NCBI GenBank assembly: GCA_002790655.1
Contig: PFVO01000018.1
Span: 1 to 53,172 of the forward strand
Reading direction: 5' to 3'
DNA length: 53,172 nucleotides
From: Candidatus Moranbacteria bacterium CG_4_9_14_3_um_filter_44_28
GTDB lineage: Bacteria > Patescibacteriota > Minisyncoccia > Moranbacterales > UBA11712
Shown here: positions 42,375-49,504 of the stretch, piece by piece
How the letters are laid out: every line of letters begins with the position of its first letter
Numbering within the stretch: the first letter of the stretch is position 1
Notes under the pieces: model-generated
What the model was told of the DNA's origin: nothing
The model's input: the letters and a program-made list of their open reading frames with translations, nothing else
Database searches by the model: none
Program-made: the position numbers and the translations under genes

Positions 42375-43219
42375 TTCGCATCATCAACATCGTAACTCTG
42401 GTATTGTTCCGGAGAGCCATATTTTTTCATGAAATTCTCACTGCCAAAGGCATTGACTTCCGGCTCGATTTCAATACTTTGCAGATCAATATTTTTGGGC
42501 AAAACGGTGTTCCAATTAAAAATTACTTCTCTTTCTTCATTGGCTCGCACATCATTGCTGTCTGTCTGATTGACGGCAACTGGCATTCCTTCCACGTCTT
42601 TAAAAACCACTTTTGTTGTCACTTTTTTAAAATCATAATTGCTGCGATTCTGAATTTTGGCTTTGAGCTGGGTAGGTTCTCCTATGCTTCCCGGCAGACT
42701 GACTTCTCTTCCATATACGACCACGTTCGGCTCTTCGGATTCAGAAAACTTCTGCCATCGAAACGACCTCACATTGAAAACAAAGGATTCTGGCTTTTCC
42801 CCAAGAGCAATATTGAATTCAAGTACATATTTTGTCTGAGCTGGCAGAATAAATGACGAGCCATCTCTTTTTTCAACAATTATCCCTTCCTGATTAAGAA
42901 AATTCAAAGAGTAATCAAGCCCGGCAACTCCAAATAAAGCGTTTGGATTTTTGATCTTGACCAAAACATCATATTTGCCCGGTCCGGCTGGAATGAGCGC
43001 TTTTTGCAAAATTTGGATATTCTCAATTTTTGGAATTTCTTCGCATTTGGCGCAAGGACCGCCGCAATCAATTTTCTCCTCCCCCTGATTACGCTTTCCG
43101 TCGGTGCAAGTCGGCTTGGCACGGAAAAGATAATAAAGAGCCGTAGCTATCACGGAGATTATTGCGATATAAACAAGAATAATTGCTACGCGCTTAATGC
43201 CTCGCTGAAATGAAGTCAT
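42371..43219 (-). CDS. Hypothetical membrane-anchored protein with a Cys-rich juxtamembrane motif
   Basis: TM helix VAIILVYIAIISVIATALYYLF, then CTDGKRNQGEEKIDCGGPCAKC and a beta-rich ectodomain. 4-nt overlap with rodA. Confidence 0.65.
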   Translation of the reverse strand: MTSFQRGIKRVAIILVYIAIISVIATALYYLFRAKPTCTDGKRNQGEEKIDCGGPCAKCEEIPKIENIQILQKALIPAGPGKYDVLVKIKNPNALFGVAGLDYSLNFLNQEGIIVEKRDGSSFILPAQTKYVLEFNIALGEKPESFVFNVRSFRWQKFSESEEPNVVVYGREVSLPGSIGEPTQLKAKIQNRSNYDFKKVTTKVVFKDVEGMPVAVNQTDSNDVRANEEREVIFNWNTVLPKNIDLQSIEIEPEVNAFGSENFMKKYGSPEQYQSYDVDDAK

Positions 43220-43367
43220 TTGATATCTCGAATTTTCTTATCTTAATACTAAATTATTCTAAGCTGCTTGTCTAATATATTTTAAACCAACTCGTTAGCC
43301 CGTTTCAGCCATAGGCTGATCCGCCTTTGGCGGAAACTCACCAATAAAACAATATATCAATAAAACC

Positions 43368-43396
43368 TTGCAAGTAAGCTGATTTGATATTACTAT
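43368..43396 (+). promoter_or_regulatory. Candidate promoter for thrS-miaB
   Basis: TTGCAA (43368-73), 17-nt spacer, TACTAT (43391-96), 27 nt before the ATG. Confidence 0.35.
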
Positions 43397-43422
43397 TAAA
43401 CCGTAACTTTTGAGAATAATCT

Positions 43423-45186
43423 ATGAAAAAGCCACCCAAAATAGAAATTCTTCGCCACTCTCTCGCCCATATTCTCGCCGCGGCGGTTTATGAAATGCTT
43501 CCGGACGCAAAGTTCGGAATCGGCCCAGCCGTCGAAAACGGATTCTATTATGATTTTGACCTTCCCCGAACTCTCATTCCAGAGGATTTGGAAATTTTGG
43601 AGGAAAAAATGAGAAAAATCATTAAGGCCAATTATAAATTTGAAAAAGCGAATATTTCAGTTGAAGAAGCTTTGAAAGATTTCAAGAAAGCCAAGCAGCC
43701 CTATAAAATTGAGCTAATAAAAGACATAAAAAAAGAAAACCCCCGGGCAAAAACCGTAACCATTTATCGAACCGGAAAATTTGTAGATCTCTGCTCTGGT
43801 CCGCACATTGATTCAGCCGGCGAAATCAACCCAAAAGCTATGAAGCTCGCAAAAATTTCCGGCGCCTATTGGAAAGGCGACGAAAAAAACAAGATGCTCC
43901 AGCGGATTTATGGAGTCGCCTTTTCGAATCCGAAGGAGTTGAGGCAGTATCTCGCGATGATTTCTGAAGCGGAAAAAAGAGATCACCGGAAGCTTGGCAA
44001 AGAGCTGGATCTGTTCTGCTTTTCAGATTTAGTGGGACCCGGACTGCCGTTATTTACTCCCAAAGGAACAATTATTATAGATGAGCTTCAAAAACACGTG
44101 GAGTCAATCTGCCGTTCTTATGGTTTTCAAAAAGTATCAACCCCTCATCTTGCCAAGATTGACCTTTTTGAAAAATCGGGACACAAGCAGAAGTTCGGCG
44201 ACGAACTATTCAACGTCGAATCCCACCATAAACAAAATTATGTGTTAAAACCAGTTCAGTGTCCTCATCAAATTCAAATCTATGCTTCGAGAAAAAGATC
44301 TTACCGCGACTTACCTATTCGTTATATGGAATCAAACAAACAATATCGTGATGAAAAACCCGGAGAAATCAGCGGTCTCAACCGGGTGATCGCTATCACT
44401 GTGGAAGATGGACATTCTTTTTGCCGCTTAGGACAAGTAAAAGATGAAATGAAGAATATGGTAAAAATAATCCGGGATTTTTATAAATCTTTAGGTTTAT
44501 GGGGCAAACACTGGGTATCTCTTTCTGTTCGCGATTATAGCGATTTCTCAAAATATATTGGAGAGAAAAAGGATTGGGACAAGTGCGAAAAGATGCTGAA
44601 AGAAATTTCGGACGAAATGAATTTAAAAGCTATTAAGCGGGAGGGCGAGGCGGCGCTTTACGGACCAAAGCTGGACTTTATGTTTCGCGACACGCTTGGA
44701 AAAGAAATACAAATTCCAACGGTTCAGCTTGACTTTGCAACCCCAAAACGATTTAACCTAAATTATATAAACGAAAAAGGCAAGGAAGAAAATCCTATCA
44801 TGGTTCATCGAGCAATTCTCGGTTCATATGAGCGTTTCTTGGCAATTCTAATCGAACATTTTGCCGGCGCTTTCCCTCTTTGGCTATCTCCTCTTCAGAT
44901 TGAAGTCATTCCGGTTTCAGAAAAGTATAATACTTATGGGCAAAAAATAAATTCGCTCCTATTAGCTAGCGATATTCGCTCAATTATTCGCGAGTCTTCC
45001 GAATCACTTGGCAAACGTATCCGCGCCGCTCAAAACCAAAAAATCAACTATATGCTCATCGTAGGAGAGAAAGAGCAGAAATCAAGGTCCATCGCGGTAC
45101 GAGACCGGGAAAAGGGGAATCTTGGTGTAATGAAAATTGAGAAATTTTTAGAAAAAATAAAAAAAGAGCTTAAGGACAAGAAATGA
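43423..45186 (+). CDS. thrS: Threonyl-tRNA synthetase (no N-terminal TGS domain)
   Basis: Starts at the second additional domain (RHSLAHILAAA). Class II core (YRDEKPGEISGLNRV, MVHRAILGSYERF) and a C-terminal anticodon-binding domain. Confidence 0.9.
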   Translation: MKKPPKIEILRHSLAHILAAAVYEMLPDAKFGIGPAVENGFYYDFDLPRTLIPEDLEILEEKMRKIIKANYKFEKANISVEEALKDFKKAKQPYKIELIKDIKKENPRAKTVTIYRTGKFVDLCSGPHIDSAGEINPKAMKLAKISGAYWKGDEKNKMLQRIYGVAFSNPKELRQYLAMISEAEKRDHRKLGKELDLFCFSDLVGPGLPLFTPKGTIIIDELQKHVESICRSYGFQKVSTPHLAKIDLFEKSGHKQKFGDELFNVESHHKQNYVLKPVQCPHQIQIYASRKRSYRDLPIRYMESNKQYRDEKPGEISGLNRVIAITVEDGHSFCRLGQVKDEMKNMVKIIRDFYKSLGLWGKHWVSLSVRDYSDFSKYIGEKKDWDKCEKMLKEISDEMNLKAIKREGEAALYGPKLDFMFRDTLGKEIQIPTVQLDFATPKRFNLNYINEKGKEENPIMVHRAILGSYERFLAILIEHFAGAFPLWLSPLQIEVIPVSEKYNTYGQKINSLLLASDIRSIIRESSESLGKRIRAAQNQKINYMLIVGEKEQKSRSIAVRDREKGNLGVMKIEKFLEKIKKELKDKK

Positions 45187-45193
45187 TTTTGCA

Positions 45194-46774
45194 ATGAAGT
45201 ATTATATCAAGATCTTCGGCTGTCAAATGAACCATTCCGACGCCGAAAGAGTTTCCGCAATACTCGCAAAATATAAACTTAAACAAGCCTCGTCAATCGA
45301 TGAGGCTAATTTAGTCATATTTGTCACCTGCGGCGTGCGCCAAAGCGCTGAAGATCGTGTTTATGGACAAATAAACAATCTTCGCAAAAAATATCCGGAG
45401 AAAAAAATAATTCTCACCGGCTGTTTGGCGCACCAGAGAGATGTTCAGCGAAGACTGAAAGACAAGGTTGATTTATTTACCATAATCAAAGATTTTCCCA
45501 AGAAAATTTTATTTGTCATTGCGAGGAACGTAGCGACGAAGCAATCCCGAACAATACAAGAAAACGCGAGATTGCTTCGCTACGCTCGCAATGACAAAAG
45601 CGATTACCTCAAAATCACTCCGCGCTACACAAATTCTTATACCGCATATATTCCTATCATGACCGGCTGCGATAATTTCTGCGCCTATTGCGTCGTCCCC
45701 TGCGCCCGCGGACGCGAATATTCAAGACCCGCGGAAGATATTCTGAAGGAAGTAAAACACCTTGCGAATAAAGGCTATAAAGAAATTATATTGCTTGGCC
45801 AAAACGTTAACTCCTACTATTGTCATCCCGAGCGGAATCTCGACGGTTTAGTCGGGATGCAGTCGAGGGATCTGCATGCATCAGCAAATAGCAAGCCACT
45901 GCTTCCGCACGCAGATTCCTCCACTCCGCTTCGCTTCGGTCAGAATGACAAAGAAATAGATTTTCCAAAACTTCTTCATCTCATCGAAAAAATTCCCGGC
46001 CGCTTCTGGATAACTTTCCTCACTTCCCATCCTAAAGACATGTCCGACGAACTGATTGAAACTATTGCTAAGAGCAAGAAGATCTGCGAGTATATCAGCT
46101 TGCCGGCGCAGTCAGGAGATGATGCAATTCTCAAGAAAATGAACCGGCATTATTCAGTCGCTCACTATAAAAAACTTATCAAGAAAATCCGCGCGGAGTT
46201 TGTAGGTGTCCGACCGCAGTCTGATACGGTCGGCGGTCGGACACCTACAGAAAAAAAGTTGCCCCCTGCCATTTCCACCGACATTATCGTCGGCTTTCCC
46301 GGCGAAACGAAAAATCAATTTGAAAACACGGCTAAACTCCTTCGCGAAATGAAATTCGATATGGCCTATATCTCCCAATACTCCCCCCGCCCCGAAACCG
46401 TTGCTTGGAAACTAAAGGACAATGTCTCAAAAAAAGAAAAAGCCCGCCGGGAAAAAGTTTTGACGAAGATCCTCGAAAAAACCGCGCTGGAAAATAACAA
46501 AAAATACGTTGGAAAAGTAGTTGAAGTTTTAGTCGATAGAAGGTTCGACCTTGAGGAATTCCCCGACGAAAAGTCGGGGAAGGGAAAGGTCGAACCTTGG
46601 AGAGAAAAATACCTCGCTCACACCCGCACCCAAAAGAAAGTCATGTTTTCCTCCGACAAAAAAATCCCCGTCGGGAATTTCGCAAAAGTCAAAATCACAA
46701 AAGTGAAAGCATTTGGGATGGAGGGAGAAATTAAAAAGGGCCGTCATGCCGACAGCGACAGAGGCCCTATATAA
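45194..46774 (+). CDS. miaB: tRNA methylthiotransferase MiaB carrying four palindromic in-frame inserts
   Basis: KIFGCQMN, radical-SAM CDNFCAYCVVP, DIIVGFPGET, C-terminal TRAM-like end. 526 aa against about 440-450 for typical MiaB as I recall. Confidence 0.9.
   Translation: MKYYIKIFGCQMNHSDAERVSAILAKYKLKQASSIDEANLVIFVTCGVRQSAEDRVYGQINNLRKKYPEKKIILTGCLAHQRDVQRRLKDKVDLFTIIKDFPKKILFVIARNVATKQSRTIQENARLLRYARNDKSDYLKITPRYTNSYTAYIPIMTGCDNFCAYCVVPCARGREYSRPAEDILKEVKHLANKGYKEIILLGQNVNSYYCHPERNLDGLVGMQSRDLHASANSKPLLPHADSSTPLRFGQNDKEIDFPKLLHLIEKIPGRFWITFLTSHPKDMSDELIETIAKSKKICEYISLPAQSGDDAILKKMNRHYSVAHYKKLIKKIRAEFVGVRPQSDTVGGRTPTEKKLPPAISTDIIVGFPGETKNQFENTAKLLREMKFDMAYISQYSPRPETVAWKLKDNVSKKEKARREKVLTKILEKTALENNKKYVGKVVEVLVDRRFDLEEFPDEKSGKGKVEPWREKYLAHTRTQKKVMFSSDKKIPVGNFAKVKITKVKAFGMEGEIKKGRHADSDRGPI
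45515..45595. repeat. P1-variant palindromic insert 1 in miaB
   Basis: gtcattgcgaggaacgtagcgacgaagcaatc ... gattgcttcgctacgctcgcaatgac, 81 bp (27 codons). Encodes VIARNVATKQSRTIQENARLLRYARND. Confidence 0.85.
45822..45949. repeat. P1 full-length insert 2 in miaB
   Basis: gtcatcccgagcgga..cgagggatctgc..agccactgcttccgcacgcagattcctccactc..cggtcagaatgac, matching the intergenic copy 31197-31333. Confidence 0.9.
46202..46248. repeat. Palindromic insert 3 in miaB
   Basis: gtaggtgtccgaccg ... cggtcggacacctac is a perfect 15-bp inverted repeat. Encodes VGVRPQSDTVGGRTPT. Confidence 0.85.
46540..46598. repeat. Nested palindromic insert 4 in miaB
   Basis: aaggttcgacctt ... aaggtcgaacctt encloses ccccgac-gaaaa-gtcgggg. 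Confidence 0.85.
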
Positions 46775-46804
46775 AGTGAAGATTAACCATGTAGCCACCC
46801 ATAA

Positions 46805-46975
46805 TTATGGTAGGAGGCTACTAGCTACGAAGTTAAGATACTCCTCATAGCATTCCTCGCAGAGTGACTTTTCCTCTACCTCGCCAGTTCGGGGGTTTAT
46901 TAACTTAATCACTCTCTCTATGGGTTTTTGTTCCCCACAACGACCACAACTTGTTTTATTTCCCGTTTCCTCCAT
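46805..46975 (-). CDS. 56-aa zinc-ribbon-like protein (not in ORF track)
   Basis: MEETGNKTSCGRCGEQKPIERVIKLINPRTGEVEEKSLCEECYEEYLNFVASSLLP has CxxC...CxxC. A strong GGGAGG lies about 12 nt upstream of the ATG at 46975. Confidence 0.6.
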   Translation of the reverse strand: MEETGNKTSCGRCGEQKPIERVIKLINPRTGEVEEKSLCEECYEEYLNFVASSLLP

Positions 46976-47043
46976 TTGTTTTACTATCCTCCCTTCGTTT
47001 GGAAAATAAACAACATTAAAACATAGCTTATATATATAAAATT

Positions 47044-48039
47044 ATGTCAAGTAGTCGTAAAATCCTCGTCATTCTCGGTCCGACTTCATCGGGAAAGTCC
47101 GATATTGCCATTAAACTGGCTAAAAAGTTCAACGGTGAAATCATTTCCGCTGACAGCCGGCAGATTTATCGCGGGATGGATATCGGGACTGGAAAGGCGA
47201 AGCGAGATCGAAGATCTCGCGTAGTCCCGAATAAATCTAGCGAAGCTAGATTTCGTGAGGGATCTCGCGAAAATAGCAATGCTTTTATGTCTTGTAGCAT
47301 CCCTCACTACATGATTTCTATTGCCAGTCCCCGTGCCAATTACAACGTCGCCAAATTTAAAAAACAAGCCGGAAAAATTATCAAGGATATCCTGAAGCGC
47401 GGGAAACTTCCCGTCATCTGCGGTGGGACTGGATTCTGGATTTCGGCGATCATTGATGACATAAATTTTCCAGAAGTCAAACCTGATTGGAAGTTGCGAA
47501 AAAAGCTCGAAAAATATTCCACCGAAAAACTTTTCGCGATGCTTGAAAAATTAGATCCCGAAAGGGCAAAAAATATCGACGCAAAAAACAAAGTCCGCCT
47601 CATCCGCGCCATCGAAATATGTAAATCAATAAAAAAAGTGCCAGTTCTTGCTGGCATCCCGAGCGTAGTCGAGGGATCTGGTCAGAATAACAAATATCAA
47701 TTTCTCCAAATCGGCATAAAATTATCCCGCGAACAACTTTATAAAAATATCGAGAAGCGCGTTAAATTCCGTTTCAAGCAAGGAACGATTGAAGAAGTAA
47801 GAAAGCTACGCAAGCAGGAATTAAGCTGGAAAAAAATTCAATCTTTCGGCCTCGCCTATTTCTGGATTCCTTTATATCTCCAAAATAAAATATCCAAAGC
47901 TGAACTTATCAAAAAAGTTATCCATGCCGAAAAAAATTACGCCAAACGCCAAATGGCTTGGTTCAAAAGAGACAAAAGAATTAAGTGGTTTAGAAACAAT
48001 GGCAGTATCTTAAAAAAAGTCTCAAATTATTTAAAATAA
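47044..48039 (+). CDS. miaA: tRNA dimethylallyltransferase MiaA with palindromic in-frame inserts
   Basis: P-loop GPTSSGKS, ISADSRQIYRGMDIGTGK, GGTGFWISAI. Confidence 0.9.
   Translation: MSSSRKILVILGPTSSGKSDIAIKLAKKFNGEIISADSRQIYRGMDIGTGKAKRDRRSRVVPNKSSEARFREGSRENSNAFMSCSIPHYMISIASPRANYNVAKFKKQAGKIIKDILKRGKLPVICGGTGFWISAIIDDINFPEVKPDWKLRKKLEKYSTEKLFAMLEKLDPERAKNIDAKNKVRLIRAIEICKSIKKVPVLAGIPSVVEGSGQNNKYQFLQIGIKLSREQLYKNIEKRVKFRFKQGTIEEVRKLRKQELSWKKIQSFGLAYFWIPLYLQNKISKAELIKKVIHAEKNYAKRQMAWFKRDKRIKWFRNNGSILKKVSNYLK
47202..47307. repeat. Composite of three hairpins inserted in miaA
   Basis: gcgagatc-gaa-gatctcgc (47202-47220), aaatctagc-gaa-gctagattt (47233-47253), gtgagggat...atccctcac (47255-47307). 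It lies between GMDIGTGK and IPHYMI. Confidence 0.85.
47654..47691. repeat. Miniature P1-like element in miaA
   Basis: gcatcccgagcgtagtcgagggatctggtcagaataac joins both P1 termini directly. Confidence 0.75.
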
Positions 48040-48042
48040 ATT

Positions 48043-48066
48043 GGGCCGGAGACTTTGCTCCAGCCC
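48043..48066 (+). terminator. Possible terminator hairpin between convergent miaA and pyrB
   Basis: gggccggag-actttg-ctccagccc, 9-bp stem with one mismatch; the T-tract is weak. Confidence 0.4.
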
Positions 48067-48099
48067 GGTTTCTCTCAATTTTCCTTTTTACAAGCCTTT

Positions 48100-49107
48100 T
48101 TATCCTAAGAGTACTTTCTTGAGAAGCGCCATTCGGACATAAAGTCCGTTTTCCGCCTGTTGGATATATTTTGCCCGCGGGTCGTTGTCGAACCATTCCG
48201 GAATTTCGCCGAAGGCCGGATCGCGAGGCAGAGGATGCATCACAATCACGTCCTTTTTCAATTTTTTCACGACTTCCTTGGTTATCGAACAATTGTTTCT
48301 GATAAAATCATAATCCACTTGAATCCCTCCGAGTCTTTCTTTTTGCACCCGCGTCATATAAAACACATCAATTTTATTCGCGACGTCAATCAGTTTTTCG
48401 TATTCTGTGAATTTCACTTTTTTCTTCTTAAGATATTCTTTGATGTCGTCCCTCATTTTGAGAACTGAAGGTGAGACAAAAAAGAATTCCAGTTTTTCCG
48501 AATCCTGATATTTGTTAAGGAGATAAGCAAGAGAGCGAACTGTGCGCCCGTTTGCGAGATCCCCCACAAAGGCTATATTGATTCTCTCGCTATGAATGTT
48601 TTTCTTAAGTTCGTTATCATAAAATCTTTTAATCGTGTAAAGATCAAGAAGCGCCTGTGTTGGATGTTGACCTGCTCCGTCACCCGCATTGATGATGGAA
48701 ACCGTTCGCCCGCTCGCCCGCGCCGCCTCGTCCGCTTCGCGCGCCATTCCTTCTTTATCCGTCCGCATCACAATGGCATCAACTCCATACCCGCAGAACA
48801 TCGCGATTGTATCCTTCACGGTCTCACCTTTCACAACTGAAGAGAATTGCCGCGCCGGCGGAATAGCCATAACTCTCGCGCCAAGATTCTCCGCCGCGAC
48901 AAAAAAAGATGACCACGTGCGGGTGCTCGGTTCATAAAACAGGAGAGCAATTCTCTTTTCTGCCATTTTCTTCCAGATACCCTCGCACCATTTTTTATCT
49001 TCTCCTGAAACATGATTATCATCCAGATACTCGCACATAATCTGCATACGGTCGGCTTCAGCAAACAAATCATTAAGAATTTCCCGATTGAACTGCTGGA
49101 CTTCCAA
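48100..49107 (-). CDS. pyrB: Aspartate carbamoyltransferase catalytic chain-like
   Basis: EPSTRTW (STRTR with the last R replaced by W), GQHPTQALLD, GDLANGRTVRS, TRVQKER, HPLPR. It has an extra N-terminal segment. Confidence 0.75.
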   Translation of the reverse strand: MEVQQFNREILNDLFAEADRMQIMCEYLDDNHVSGEDKKWCEGIWKKMAEKRIALLFYEPSTRTWSSFFVAAENLGARVMAIPPARQFSSVVKGETVKDTIAMFCGYGVDAIVMRTDKEGMAREADEAARASGRTVSIINAGDGAGQHPTQALLDLYTIKRFYDNELKKNIHSERINIAFVGDLANGRTVRSLAYLLNKYQDSEKLEFFFVSPSVLKMRDDIKEYLKKKKVKFTEYEKLIDVANKIDVFYMTRVQKERLGGIQVDYDFIRNNCSITKEVVKKLKKDVIVMHPLPRDPAFGEIPEWFDNDPRAKYIQQAENGLYVRMALLKKVLLG

Positions 49108-49205
49108 AATTGATTTTCCTTTTAAAGATTCCGTAATTTTATTTTAGTACTTAGGCAGATTTTAGGCCGAGGATATTCCCCAGGCCTGTTTCACCAATCA
49201 ATACA

Positions 49206-49466
49206 TCACCATGCCCCTCGCCCTCCTATACCACAAGAGGGGCTGTGCTTGCTGCCAAATGGCTCCTCGCAAGACTTACATACCCAGGCATCCCCGGCAA
49301 GTTTATAGTCCATTTCATTGATCAATTTTTTACAGCCGTCTCCGAGCGCACAATTGCGCTGATTGCCTTTTGCCAAAATGCACCGCAGATGTACAAACTT
49401 GCACACGGGCACATTTTCAGGCCCACCGATAATTGAATAGAATTCCACTTTCACACTCGCCTCCAT
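49206..49466 (-). CDS. 86-aa Cys-rich hypothetical protein
   Basis: A strong AGGAGGAGGTGA lies 7 nt upstream of the ATG. Seven Cys including CKSC. Locally GC-rich (33 of 60 in line 49201-49260). Confidence 0.6.
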   Translation of the reverse strand: MEASVKVEFYSIIGGPENVPVCKFVHLRCILAKGNQRNCALGDGCKKLINEMDYKLAGDAWVCKSCEEPFGSKHSPSCGIGGRGAW

Positions 49467-49504
49467 CGCCAGTCACCTCCTCCTAAGTTTCAGTTAGCTT
49501 AACA

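Noticed and set aside
43220-43422. T-box leader upstream of thrS
   Set aside because: The region holds only two short hairpins (tcagcc-ata-ggctga, tccgcc-tttg-gcgga) that resemble fragments of the P1 repeat. There is no T-box consensus, specifier-loop architecture or terminator/antiterminator pair.
48973-49036. Direct repeat ccagatac(cc)tcgcac 50 nt apart in the 5' part of pyrB, as the footprint of another insertion
   Set aside because: The intervening 34 nt is not palindromic and resembles none of the repeat families. The repeat copies differ by a 2-nt indel. The evidence is too thin to separate an insertion from chance or an old duplication.
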